This document shows, piece by piece, positions 10,657 to 24,222 of a stretch of DNA of 64,000 nucleotides. A model generated the notes under the pieces. It saw only the letters and a list, made by a program, of their open reading frames with translations. It did no database searches and was not told where the DNA came from. The translations under genes and the position numbers were made by a program. How positions within the stretch are numbered: position 1 is the first letter of the stretch; the number at the start of each line of letters is the position of its first letter. The DNA lies in the NCBI RefSeq assembly GCF_964188315.1, contig NC_135664.1, positions 45,694,001 to 45,758,000 of the forward strand, read 5' to 3'. The stretch is from Podarcis muralis. Its lineage: Eukaryota.

Positions 10657-10891
10657 ATCTTGTCAGACCTCTCACTTACTAAACTAAAATAACTCTGTGA
10701 AAGCTGAGTCTTGTCACTTGTACAATGTTTACTACTGTTTTTGTTTTCCACCAGATCTCCCTTCTGCCTGCCTCCATTACACTTCTTGCCATTTAGATGT
10801 TTAACAAGAGAATGTCCAGTCTTTTGTTTTAAATTCTTCATTCTGATGCAACTCTCCCCAGTGGAATTTTAGTTAGCCTATCCTTTTCGGC

Positions 10892-10897
10892 AATAAA
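10892..10897 (+). terminator. Candidate SNU13 polyadenylation signal AATAAA
   Basis: First AATAAA, about 235 nt after the SNU13 stop; a second lies near 11040. Confidence 0.5.
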
Positions 10898-11708
10898 CAA
10901 ACTTCATTTGCAGAAGATTAGGCTGAAGATTTGTAAATACAAAACATATGACCTTGTTCTGGTCAATATGATGTTCACCCATTGAGGGTGTCCATCTTTC
11001 AAATACTAGTCCTAATACAACTTGATAGAACACTGTTAGAAATAAAGGGCAGATGAAATAATATTGTCAAAGGCAGTGGCTTTAACTTTTTATATATATT
11101 AAAAACACAATTATGTTTGTATGTTGTGTGATCTCAGTCTTTTGTGTGGTTTAAAATATTTGCTGGATGGCCCGAATATAACAGGATGACTAAAGCCTTA
11201 GTCACTATGTTTTATATGGGACCAAGTTTTTATGAATATAAGCTATCAATGTTTGCATCTTCTGCAAGAGGGAAGAAATAATTCATCAGGTGGTAGTGAC
11301 CTGGATAAATTCTTCTTTGTGAAAACAATCCCCAGCAGCTTCAAACAGACCGGGGATGGGAAACCTTTTTCAGCTCCAGGGCTGCATTCCCTTCTCGGCT
11401 GAGAGCCATGTGCCACTGGTAGGTGAGTCCACAGTGGAAAGTATAATGATGATGATGATCATAATGATATTGCCATAAAGGCAAGGGCTGAGGCACATAA
11501 AGGCAAGGGCTGACCTTTCTAAGCATCATGTCAGCCTCCTTGGGCCACAAATACTGAAACTAATCCCATGTAATTTGTGCTGTGGACACTTCACTGAATC
11601 TGCAGCATCAAGTTCTGCATGAATACAAGCAACTCTGTGCTCACTATGTTTATGAAACAGCAAAAGAAACAAGAAGAAAAGCAGGGACAGATATACATAA
11701 CAAGCTCA

Positions 11709-11714
11709 TTTATT
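11709..11714 (-). terminator. Candidate XRCC6 polyadenylation signal AATAAA
   Basis: TTTATT on the + strand, about 190 nt beyond the XRCC6 stop. Confidence 0.6.
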
Positions 11715-11901
11715 AAGACACATTTTCATTAAGTCTAGAAACAGGTGGGGAGAATGAAGCATTTTCCCATTAATCCTCATTATTACATAGTCTTAAACTC
11801 TCAAGAAAAAAAAGTCTCTGTTCCCTTTGATCTATGGCTATAAAGATGCTGCACCCCTTTTCCTTGTCAAAATCTTAGGGAGGAGAGTGGGCATAGAACT
11901 C

Positions 11902-14900
11902 TCAGTGCCTACTGAAGTATTCAGTCACAGCATCTAAGAGTTCTTGCTTCTTCGTTCCTGCTGTCAGCTTGTAATTCCTGCACACTTCCTTTAAAACTGG
12001 CACAGTCAGTTTACCCAAAGTGCCTTTTTGAACATGATTCCTCAGGTCTTCTTCAGAGATTTCGATCTTTGCTTTCTTTTCTAGTGGTATGGTACCATCC
12101 CCTGCTGGAAAGAGATTTTTGGATTAATTGTGTGTTTCCAATACCTTGTTATAAAATATATCTTATACAGCCATTACAAAATATCCTGCAACAGTACACT
12201 GACACAGTGTCAAGATAGACTCCTACCTAGCCCATGATAACCCAACCACAATCTGGTGTGATAGAGCAGAAAATGAACTTGGAGGATGTAACTACCTCTC
12301 TCTTTGGGTTCTGTTGCAATCTTACCTTGTTTACGCTTTGTGGTTTTCCCATCCGGATCATAGCCTGGTGGGTAAACTAGTTGTTTGAACTCTTCTGCAA
12401 GATTACCCATTCTGCAATCCATCACCTCAACCTTGGGCACTGGAGAATAGGGAGAAAATGCATAACACACCTCAAAACAGCAAAAATATACAGATATAAT
12501 GGTTCTACAGAGGAAACATACAAAACACTGAGCTTTAAGGTAGATAGTTCAAAAGCACAACTGAAATAAATACAAATTATAAAACCATTTTAATTTGGAA
12601 AACGGCGTATCTAAGACAAAAGCCACAATGAAATGGGGAAGCAAAAAGCTAGAATATACTGGAAAGACTGAAGAGCTTAATTTTTGCTTCAGTCTTCATG
12701 AACTAACAATCGGGTCCGTTAGCAAAAATGATGCTTACACTGATAAAGAAGGAACCATAGATCACAGGATAGAGTTGTAAGGGTCCCACAGGGATGATCT
12801 AGTCCAGCTCCCTGCAATGCAGGAATCTTTCGCTCAATGTGGGGCTCAGACCCATGGCCTTGAGATTAAGAGTCTCATGCTCTACCAACTGAGCTCCACT
12901 GTTTCTAAAACCTCAAGAAAACAGGAGGTCTAAGGCCCTTTTTTATGAGATCCTGATTATTTCATGCGGTCAAAAGTAAGATTCAAAACTGAATTTTGGC
13001 TATCAGTTTATGACATGAAAGGCACATTGTTGTTCTTATGTAGTCTTTACCCCCAAGGGTGAATTGAGTCAGTGGGTGGTGCCAGAGCTAATGTCTACCC
13101 CCCTCTCACATTTATAGAGTGGTACCTCGGGTGAAGTACTTAATTCGTTCCGGAGGTCCGTACTTAACCTGAAACTGTTCTTAACCTGAAGCACCACTTT
13201 AGCTAATGGGGCCTGCCGCGCTGCCGGAGCACGATTTCTGTTCTCATCCTGAAGCAAAGTTCTTAACCTGAAGCACTATTTCTGGGTTAGCGGAGTCTGT
13301 AACCTGAAGCATATGTAACCCGAGGTACCACTGTACACTCATTCAAATGTATTCTCACTCACAAATTCTTTCCCCAACACACACAGGCCCACAACCTTCC
13401 CCACTCACTACTATTAATTATTATTATTATTATTAATAATAATGATCACACAGCTGACACACGTTGACATCTCTCCCCACCCACCCCTCTCTCACACATG
13501 CCCATGCATTTCAACCTCCCCAGCACTCCAGATTCCCTCAGAGCTTGACAGCAAACTTGGCTGCATCGGGATTACTGGAGAGTAGAGGTTTCAACCTCTC
13601 CCTACCCACCCCAATGATCCAAAATGCATCCAGTCCCAATCATAGCTGCCAACTTTTCCATTTTCTTGCGAGGAATCCTATTCGGAATAAGGGAATTTCC
13701 CTTAAAAAAAAAAGGAAAACGTTGACAGCTATGGTCCCAATACTGCTTTGGGCTAACAGCAGCATGAGCCAGTATCTTGGCTGCAAGGAGAGTGTTGGGG
13801 ATAGCCGGTTACCCTCCCCTTCACAGCAATCCCAATGCAGTCAAAATTGCTATATCCATGTGTTGTTCATCAGCACAGAAGGTGGGGGGAACCTTTGGCC
13901 TCCAGGTGTTGCTGACGTGCAACTTCCATCAGCTCCAGCAATGGAAGTTGGATGATGGAAGTTGTGGCTCAGCCATTTCTGGAGGACCAAAGATGCCACA
14001 CACCTGCAGGATGGGAACACCTCTCTTTCCCTCACAATACAGTTGGCGGGTTAATCTGTCAGGCAGTGGTGACAAAATGATTAGGGCTCCCCAGGGTCTC
14101 ATGTGAGCCACAGGTTACCCACATTTGCTTCAGCTGCAACTCACTTTAGTCTAAAACCTGCAATTTTTTGTATGATGTGCAAACATACCATTGGATTAAA
14201 CAGTTTGTTGCTTGTGGGAAATTCCAAGGACTGCAACAGGGGGGGAAATGTCAAACTACACTCACTAAATTAGTCTTACCTGTCAGATCTTCAGCTTTTT
14301 CAGGTTCCAGTAAGTCCAGGGCCAAGGCCTCCAGGTTCATATAGTGCTGCTGTAAAACCGGATTCTCAAAGCTCTCACTCCTGTTGAAATCCCAGGTTAA
14401 TGTATCAATGAGCGCCACTGGGTTGTCCAAGAACTGTTTGCTGGGCACATGGGCATTGATCCTGCCTTCCTCCCATCTCTACTCACCTGTACTTGAACCG
14501 AAGCTTGTGGACTATTTCCATCATTTTGCTTACTTGTTCTTGATTAGCTTGGAGCTTCTCTGTAAAGTCAACTTTCCGTTTGTCGTCGGCATAAGGTAGG
14601 AAAATTAGATGAAACCCTAAATAGAGGGAACGAATATATAAATGAGAGAAATGAGATACTCAAAAATGTCCCCAAATGCTCAGATCTCTGACAAATGATC
14701 TACAGATCTGGTCACATTATCATTAGAGTTGCCACTTAGATTGAAATCAACACGTGAATGCTTGATTACTAACTAAAACTACCAATTATGAACTAGTTGT
14801 TTTGAGTGTCAGTGAATGAGAACGTTTTGAAGACAACAGAATAATTTGTCAGAATAGGGACATAATGTGCAAAAGACATTAACAGAGGCAGACCAGAAAA

Positions 14901-17900
14901 AAGCTACAGCAAGTCTTAATTTATTTTATTAGAAACAACTCAGAATAAGACATCTTTAAATAACCATAGTGAGAGCAATAAGCCAGGAAAAATATTATAA
15001 TATACTACTTAACCCAAGAGTAAAATGTATTTCACCCCACAAGCAATTAAGGAATTTTTCTTTTACCGTTATTGATAAACATTTCTGGTCTGCATTCTGG
15101 TTTTGCTCTAAAACTAGTCCACAAATAACAGTATCTCATGATAGAGATGCCATCATCTCAGCTAGAAGATAGAAATCCTGGTTCTGAGAAACATCACATA
15201 GGCTAGGAAGAAGATCTCTACAGCTTCTGAGATATAGCTTATGGAAGTTTGCAAGGTGAAACAGGCAGAGCCAAGATCCCACACACAAAACATGGAGACT
15301 TTGAAGGAGTTTGGGGAAAGGAAAGACTGGAGGCTGACAAGGATCTTTGCCTGGCCCAAAAATCTGTTCTTGAGAGTTAAGAGTAACTTCCAGAATAGGG
15401 TGGTATTAGGTGGCAGGCAGGACTCTGTGCACTGAGCGAAGAAATTGGTGGTATTTGGATTACCTTACAAAAGCAGAAATTTTCTCACTAAGGCATCTCT
15501 GGGTCCAGTCTTGTTAAGTCTGGAGGAACTAACCTGATGCAATTAAATAGTGGGATATTGAAATGAACCCCAAAATTATCTTGTGTGTTATTGATTACCT
15601 ATCTGTAGGAGATGAGATACCCTTAATGAGTTCATCAGAAGCAGCCAAAGTAATCCAAACCATACACTGAAAACTATATAAGACACCAGTGCATAAAAAG
15701 TAATGCTAATATTATACAAGATGGGGGATAAATCTATAGCCACTCCATGCTGCTCATCAAAGTATAAACCTCCTCTCCTTAAATCAGATGGCAGAAAAAA
15801 CTTCTGACATAGGTAGAACAACACCACACTAGCCATCTGTAAGACAGAAATGCCAGCAACTCTAGTTACCTGAGGGGGCCACCTGCACATTCTGCTCATC
15901 CAACTCTTCTTCCTGAGGAACCAGGGCTATAAACCGAGGAGGAGTGTTCCGACGGGGTGTGTACCTGCATACGGCCATCACCCCTTTCTCCAGACACTTT
16001 GTCAGCAGGGCATTAAATAATGTGGTGCTTCCTAAAAGCAAAAATCCATGCTTGTTACTTTAATGAAACAACTCTGGTGGCTCAAAACACATCTGAAATA
16101 ACTACATCAAGCTTTTGCAGAGGACTATATGCAACTATATCTCTGTGTGTGTGGCTGGTTACCATGGTTTTGGGACAGATAGGTATAGTTTCTGTTTTTT
16201 TTTGTGAATGTGCTTCTTTTCTAGAGGGTAGCAATAATCAGCAGCTCAAAAGTTTAGTCAGGGGGGCGGGCGGGCAGAAGCCCGAGAGAGGGCAATCTCC
16301 ATGGCAACCTCTTTAAGTTTTGGAATTTCCTCAACAGAGGTGTGCCTGGCGCCTTCATTACGTAGTGTCCATTGCATGCTGGAGACACACGTCTTTCCCC
16401 ACCCTATTATTTTAATGGTTTTTGTTTTGAAATCATTTTAATATTGTACTTTTAAATCGCTGTAACCCACCCTGGGACCTTGTGGTGAAGGGCAACAAAT
16501 CAAATCAATATAATGATGTATTTGATTTCTTATCCGCCATCCAGGGTGGATGTTGGGAGTTGACCGAGCTACTTGCTGTTAGATGACTGTTGTCCTACAC
16601 TGTGGGATTTGACCTGTGCAGCCACAAGGTTTCATCCTGAGTGATTTTAACATATATATGATGTTTGGAATTGATAAGGAATGCAACCTTATCAATATGC
16701 TAATCATGGGACTGAGCCTAATCCTGCTCTGTACCCTGACTGGTATGGGTCCAAAAAGTCGACCTTATATCATCATCCCCTATTTTCATGTTTGAAATCC
16801 TGCTCTGCACAATGAAATTTCACTGTCAAGTTACAAAGCAGACTATCCTTCCCACAATATGCTTACCACTGATCAAAGACTCTTCAGGATAGATGAACTG
16901 GGCAGGCCTGATGTGATGGTGTTGTTTCAACATTACCAGGGGCTTGAAGCCAATCAGATACAAGCCTTGTGGCTCAAACCTTTTTGCTTCTTCCGTCTCC
17001 TCTTTCTCCAGCACAATCTGACGGTTCCCATAGATCTACAAAAAGGGGGAAGAAAAGTAGCTAGAAAAATAACAAGCCTCGGGCCCAAGTGAAGTAAAAT
17101 ATAGGTCTAGTGATAATGGTAACATAATCATGCCTATAGAGTCTAGCAAATCTGAAGTTACACTGTAAAAAGTCAGCAAAGAGATCTATGGCAAGCCTCT
17201 GGGTGAAATCATTCTTGTCTCACACGCTAAGAGTAATTTTATCAGACAGCTACTCCTGTTTTTATCCCCATACTATAAATCATGGATGGCTAACCTCTTG
17301 AGCTCCAGGTGTAGCTGAACTACTATAACCCCCATCATCCCTAACTCCTGGCCATGCTGGCTGGGGCTGATGGGAGATGCACTCAAACAACATCTGGAGG
17401 ACCACAGGTTAGTGGTCCTCCAGATGTTGATGATTTCAAAAGCTCCCACTTGCAGTGGGTTCCCTCTCTTTGCACCTCAGGGTGGGAATAGCTATTCCAG
17501 GGGTCTACAAATTTAGGCTGCCTTTGGTAGTCAGCCAAAATTTTTACCCTTCCCCAACATTCTCCCAGCTGATTCTCAGGCTTAGATCACTTTCAAAAAG
17601 CAGCCATCTGGGGACAATCCCTGGTTCTTCTGCACAGTTCCAAGCTCAAGAGGAAAGCCAGAGGTTGTCCATAATGAACAGGACCTCTGGGGTCCTTGGA
17701 ACTAGAACTACAATATAAACGAAATCGGTCATGTAGCAAAACCATTCATATGAACACACTTTTGTTAAATTCTTGCCAGAAACATTTTTACATTAGCCAC
17801 CTGATCTGCAACATAGAGCCTTAGCTTTATTCCTTGTGGAGGTCATTTATTTGCATGCTACTTCCATTAAAAAAACAAAAAAACTAGTTGACTGTCCTTT

Positions 17901-20900
17901 AAAGACCTTGGAAATTAGTGAGAACTAACTGCCAAAAGACAGAAAGTTATGCTTGAAGAAAATGGAAAATTAGAGAAAATGCTTAAAGCAGTTGCCAGTG
18001 TTTGACACAACAGGGCCCAATTATTTGCAAATAATTATTTATAAAATTATTCCTCTACTCGTAGCCCAACCCAGAAGTCTGTTGGGGAAAGAGAAGAAAA
18101 ATCAGTACATATATAATATTTGGTATATAACTATTAAAGAGACCTTATGTGTCACGATGGAACACAGGGCCAGGTTGTTAGGGCTTGCTTATCACAACAG
18201 GTGCTATGGTGAGTCTGGATTGTTTCTTCCATTTTCTAAAATGGGCTTGCAAATTCTGCCAATGGAAAATGGGGGAGAGGAGACTGAGTAAATAATTCTC
18301 AAAGTACCTTACCTGAGCCCTTTTGGTGTCACTTGGCAGAAGCAAACTACCCGTCTGTCGGTTAAAGGTTCGAGTTTTTGTTTTCACTGGCTCATTGGTG
18401 TCTCTGTAAAGCCTCACTGGGGGCTGCTTGTAAGCTTTCTGCACTAAGTTGAAAATGCCAACAGAAAGAGCCACATCTTTCCCCAGATACAAATTCAGCC
18501 TGCCAAGAATCAACAAATACAGATTGAAGCTTTCTAGATCCTGTATTGTCTTTAAAGAGATAAAAGCATATGAAAAGATTCTCATCCCAAAACAACAAAA
18601 AGGAAACTTTCCACAACTTAACAGTTATGTTAAAGTACATAATGCTAAGTGACTGGCATTTATTGAGAGGAAGTATTTTCTCCAAAATCTCTCTCCACCA
18701 CTACCCCACAAAAGGAGGAGAATTTAATTTTTTTCTCAATACACACCTGGCTAAAGCTCGCTTCCTGGTCTCTTTTGCTCGTACTTTCTTCATGAGGTCT
18801 TCTAGTTTTCCAGACTCATCAAACTGGACTCCCAAGTCCTCATCTTCTGCTGTATTAATTATATCCCTGTAGAACAAGGAGATATCAAACCCCCCAGGCT
18901 TCTTCAAGTGCATTAAGTCAAGGTAGATACCTGGAGTCAAAACAGAATTGGAGCAATATAGATTACCAATTTCCTAGAATGTTAAAGGTTTTCATTTTGC
19001 AAAAGAGCTTAAACAGCCCCAGAATGAAGCACAGGAGCCAGGGAAGAAACAAGAAGCATGTGTGCCGCCTTGATTGAGAGAGCCCTCACTGTGTGACATC
19101 AGCGTGCCATGCACGTGACATCATTGTACTCTGCGGTGTGTGCACATGATGTCGACCACCCAAAAAATATGGAGGGGGAGCACCCCTCTGATTTGGGATT
19201 TGGGGGGCCCTTGGTCCTCACAGCTCCGCATACTTGGCACCCGTGTGTATGAGTATGGAGTATGTGAGTGTGTAAGAGTATGGAGTTCATACTAGCAAGG
19301 GTTAATGCACAACAATGTTCTCCATTAGCCTGCTTTCAAATTCAGCCACCAATCACGTTATGCACTATGTTAAACAGCTTAAAAGAAGTTGAGTGCAGAA
19401 GCAAATTCAAAGACCCACTCATGCATAAAGCTTTCAAGTGGGTGACCTTGGCCTAGTCACTATCTCTTAAGAGTCAGATTAACCTAACTCACAGAGTTGT
19501 AAGAATACAGGAGGACGGGGTAGAACCACACATGCCTCCATCAATTTCTTGAAAGAAAATTGAGAGGAAAATGTAATAAATGATTGTGCCCTAAGATTAC
19601 TTATAACAAATAGCATTGGGAACCAGTTTTGCAAACACTGTTTAGTTCGCTAAGAGGCGGCACCATTTTAGTTTGAAGTACTGACCTGTCTCTCGGAGGT
19701 CAGCGGCTTTGGTCCTAGCAAATTTGGCATTCACACTGTCTTGACCGTGAGGGTTATCTTCATTGGTGAACAGCATGATCCTTTTGTGGCTCATCTTGAG
19801 GCGGACGTCACTGAAGAGATTTGAGCAAACCCAGAATGCCTCACCTAGTGAGTAGTCAGCACTATGGCCAAAGGATTTGCGGAAGAGCGCTCTCCCTTGC
19901 TCTCCAGTGTACTTGGCCAGCTCTAACACTCGTTTTGCCCCTAAAAAAAGAACAGAAAATGAATGACTACAGTTCAGTGTTGTCCTACAAAACACAAAGA
20001 GCACTACTCTTTTAAACCGTGATATGCCAGAATTTGCAAATCTTTCAGTAGTTTGTCTACAATGTTTCTCGTTCAATTTACGAAACGAGATCAAGTGTTC
20101 AGTAGAGCAGTTCTCTGTGTGCAACAAGGACTACAGTACTGCCTTTTCTTAGTTGCTAATGAAACTTGGCTCAAAACTGGAACAGGCCTGAAATTGCAAG
20201 TTTGGCTAAGTGAAGCCTGAGGAGCATCAGAGATGAACGAAGTAACTAACTTCAACATTTGGTGATAGAACTTATCCACAAAAAACTTTTTGAGTATTTT
20301 GGAAGAAACAACAAAATACCTAAGTGGGTGACTGAATTGCATTTGGTTACCAATGTTGGTGATGGTTTTAATTAAATCTGGAGTTAAACTTTGTAATCAT
20401 TAAAACTGTATACATTTTTTGAAACTGGACTAAGCTGTAGTTTCTGGGATATGAGATTTCCTATGCAGCTCCCTGCAGAACCTAATGCCATAACAAACAC
20501 AAAAACCAGTGGGTGAGATTGAGTATAGTGTGAATGGGTATCTGCTACAAAAGATTGGGGAACTCTCTGTAGCAGGTTTTGGGGGTGCACAGTGGGCTGG
20601 AGGGAGATGTGAAACCAGAAGTCCCATTGCATGTGGATTTCCACTTTGCAAGGAGGAGTTACTGCAGAACTGTTCTGGTTTGACTAATGGCTGCATTACA
20701 CTTAGCCTATTAGCCTAACGCTAGTTTCTTTATGACTTCTAACATTAGCTTACTGAAATGGGTTTTGCACTGTAGCTTGCAAGTGTCTGAAGCTACATGT
20801 CAAGCCGTGTGACACACGTCAAAGATTCCACAAATGGGTTGATGGGGGGCATACTAAATATGGAGCAAGCTGCTACAACACAATGACTTCACTACAGACT

Positions 20901-23900
20901 GAACTCTGAAATGGACAGAACCTTAGATTGTCACCAAGTGCAAAAGCCACTTGAGTTGATACTGGCTTAGAAAATTGCATCTTAAGCTTGTTTGGAGGTT
21001 CTAGAAGGGGAGCGCAGCTATCGTATACCCTTGACCGAAGAACGGTACACTCCTTCTATCTGGGATGGTCGTCCTCNNNNNNNNNNNNNNNNNNNNNNNN
21101 NNNNNNNNNNNNNNNNNNNNNNNNNNNNNNNNNNNNNNNNNNNNNNNNNNNNNNNNNNNNNNNNNNNNNNNNNNNNNNNNNNNNNNNNNNNNNNNNNNNN
21201 NNNNNNNNNNNNNNNNNNNNNNNNNNNNNNNNNNGGGTAAGGATTTGCTGAACTAATAATTTGAACTGGAATACAAGAAGGGGAGGTATGAGGAGGTCAG
21301 GGAAATATGTTATTGAAAAATAAGTATTGCGAACCTTATGTGTTTTTAAACTTTTTCTCTTTTTCTTTTTTGATTCTTTTTTATTGTATTAAATTTGAAA
21401 ATTTTAATAAATATCTTTTTTAAAAATTGAAAATTGCATCTTAAACAAATATGTGAATAGTGGGGGGGGCAGACAGCCATAGGGAGGAGCTCTTCCTCCA
21501 GTTTTGACTATTATCAAGTATTTACAAAGCAGCAACACTGGCAGAATTTAAGTATTTTAAAAGCATCAACCCTAAGCAGTGTGCAGAATAAAACAGTGGG
21601 CCACCTCTGCTACTCAAAGTACCATGTCTCATTCCTGTATTCTTCCTTCACAGTTACACCTCATATTATTATATATTTACCTGGATTGTCCAAATCCTGA
21701 AGAACATAAATGTGTTTAAAATCCACAGAATTCTTATGTTGCTCAGTACCATAAAACACAACACCAAGAAGGTCTCGGTCATGGCTGATGATCTTGTTTG
21801 TGTACACATTCTTAATGCACTGGTAAAAAAAAAGTTCAAGTGAGATGGGGAAAGAGAAGAAAAGGACCACTGAAGAAAACAGCGTTTACACATCAAAGAT
21901 GGTGTTAAAACATCTAGAAATACTTCCAAGACTGCCACAGTGCTTTAAGACATTTCCCCCCTAACTCCACAGGAATTGGCCCATCTAGCACAGTGCTGTC
22001 TACACTGATTGGTAGTGACTCTCCAAAGTTTCATAGCAGTCTTTCCCAGCACTTCTGGGAGGTCTCATAAATTTAGCTGTGGCCCTTTTAGATGCAAAGC
22101 ATGTGTTCCACCACAGAGCAATGGCCTTCCACTTCATTCTGTCTTGTTGGTATTCTCAGAATTGTGCTGGACTGCAATCCTAAAATGGAAGCAAGGCAAC
22201 TGGACACAGGTGGGCCTCACTCCTGAAGCAATATATGCAAGATTTCATTTTTTTGGTCTCACACTTTGATTTTTGCAGAACCAAGGTCCATCCATTTTTT
22301 AAGCAGGGCTGGCTAAACTGTTTGGGCCTGAGGCCTGCATTCACCCACAGACAACCCTCCAGAGAGCTGCGTAGTGGGTGTAGCCATCCACACTTTCACA
22401 CTCATAGTCCACACCTCAGCTGATCACTGCAGATTGGCTAAAAGGTGGGATATAATTCCCTCTGCACTGTTGAAATAATCATTCTGATTCATGGGGAGTG
22501 GGGGGTTTACATCCTCCATCAGGGCACTCGGCTGAGCAGAGTTTGAATCCTATCTGCTCACCCTAGAACTGTTCTACTTTATTTATTTTTCCCCCTTTTG
22601 CACTACCACCAGAATTGTTGGGGGTTTTGGTGAACACAGCAGCAACTAACATTTAGAATGTATAATAAACTGGCAAAGGCAGTAGGAAAGGAGAGAATCA
22701 GCAGCTTCTAGAAGTGTTCCTTTTGCAAACTCAGGAATGGAGAGGGGTTTTCAAAACTGCGTAAAACTGTGCCAAATAGCACTCAGGAAAGTGCCCCAGT
22801 ACCACAACATACAGAACTCAGGAACTATGCTTAGACTAAAGTATGTATTTTTTATTGTAGCACAGCACAGGGACAATGCAACTGCCTGCTTTTCAAGTGT
22901 TTAAACTCTCCCATAGATGAAGACAGAAGACAACCATTTCCAGAGAATGTTGCTCTGCTCCCATATTTGGTTTTTAATTTTAAGAACACAACTTTCATCT
23001 AAATTTCTATAAACTGAAAAGAATTTAACAGAAAAGTAGAACTCAGCATGACTTTGTTCCCTCTGCATAAAATGCCTTTCATTATCCTAAGGATAATGGA
23101 ATAATATGGCAACTGCCAAAACATAAAACAGAACTGACAGCTAGTTCTATCAGGTTATACTACAAACAACACATTTAAGGAACTTTCAAAACATACAATA
23201 TGTAATATTAAATTTCTGAAGGGTCATCTTACCTGGATTGTCATATCAAAAGGAGTCAAATCACCATTATCATAGGAATCAAACATGGCTTTTGAGGCAT
23301 CCACTAAGAAAACCAAAGTATCCCGACCTGAATATTTATATTCTCCTACGGAGAAAAAAATGTCAAACCCTGTATGCAAATCATTCTCATTTCACTCAAT
23401 TCTTGTACTTCATTATGTTGCCTTATTACAACTCACACATTTTTTAGACTATGCACAATTAAACTTGGTCTTATGTAGAAGAAAGGACTGCTTTTTCTCA
23501 ATAGGCTGCCTGCACCACGGCTCATCATGCCTTTCACTGGTATTGCAGTGGTCAGTGTGTTTGTCTTACCAAGAAACTGCATAAAGCAGCCCACTCTAAC
23601 AGCATGTAAAGTGATACCAGCCTTTTGCAGACAGTGCTCTCATGCTTTCACCTACCTCTGTATCACAAAGGCTAAGCACTTGCCTTCTTAAAAAAGCAAA
23701 ACCAACCCGGGTTTCTTAGCATCCTGCACCGGTAGCAAAATGTTATAAGTATGCCACAAAGTGTTTCACATATACAAATGCCAGTTAAACTACTGGCTCA
23801 GCTATACTGGTTCCCAGATATTTTCAGTATTGATGTGCTAGATTAGCTGCAAGCTAAAATAGCTTTAACTCATCTATAATAAATAATTAGCCCACACAAG

Positions 23901-24222
23901 CCTACAGACCCGTGGTTCCCAATACATGCCCCACAGCGGGGCAATTTGATTTTTAAGCAGGGCAATTCGAGAATGAGTTATTAACAGTGAATGGCCTTTT
24001 AGGCTTCCTCCACGTGAATAGGAATTCACTTTTTAAATAATAAGAATTATATTTCACAGGGGCAGGGATCAGGATTTTACAGATGCGTAGGTGGGGCATG
24101 GCCAAAACGAGATTGGGAACCACTGCTTTAGACCAATTCTTACCAATTGTTTCAACGTCTTCATTTTGTTCCTCTTCTTCTTCACCTTCCTCATTTTTGT
24201 AGTATGATAGCCAGTCTGCCAT
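11902..24222 (-). CDS. XRCC6: X-ray repair cross-complementing protein 6 (Ku70), 610 aa
   Basis: complement join(24144..24222, 23233..23345, 21681..21819, 19686..19940, 18747..18930, 18313..18499, 16867..17035, 15870..16031, 14487..14616, 14280..14380, 12326..12439, 11902..12101) = 1833 nt, all GT-AG. Motifs [16 protein letters not shown] (vWA), [30 protein letters not shown] and a C-terminal SAP domain ([27 protein letters not shown]). Non-coding exon 1 probably ends at donor 25880. Confidence 0.98.
12754..12896 (-). mobile_element. tRNA-Lys-derived SINE with CR1-type 3' tail
   Basis: The minus strand reads GAGCTCAGTTGGTAGAGCATGAGACTCTTAATCTCAAGG (tRNA-Lys-like head), then GATTCCTGCATTGCAGG..GGACTAGATCATC..CAACTCTAT (CR1-like tail). 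Tail fragments also occur at about 4250-4290 and 54061-54116. Confidence 0.8.
13117..13333. mobile_element. Tc1/mariner (Tigger-like) MITE
   Basis: Same TIR family as 1266; TA flanks. Confidence 0.85.
17281..17415. mobile_element. Degenerate palindromic hAT-type MITE
   Basis: Shares the CTCCAG(A/G)TG ... CATCTGGAG arms and CCCATCATCCC core with the intact copy at 44611. Other decayed copies at about 40560-40660, 46170-46240, 49430-49530 and 51190-51290. Confidence 0.5.
20986..21428 (+). mobile_element. TSD-bounded retroelement insertion (LINE 3' end-like), interrupted by an assembly gap
   Basis: Exact 16-bp TSD GAAAATTGCATCTTAA at 20970-20985 and 21429-21444; T-rich 3' part with AATAAA and a short A tract before the second TSD. 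Family not identified. Confidence 0.7.
21077..21234. other. Assembly gap (158 N)
   Basis: Run of N. Confidence 1.
23910..24125. mobile_element. hAT non-autonomous element in XRCC6 intron 2
   Basis: TIRs CCGTGGTTCCCAA / TTGGGAACCACTG; degenerate 8-bp TSD CTACAGAC (23902-23909) / CTTTAGAC (24126-24133). Confidence 0.7.

Noticed and set aside
20988-21256. ORFs containing X runs
   Set aside because: Artefacts of the N gap.
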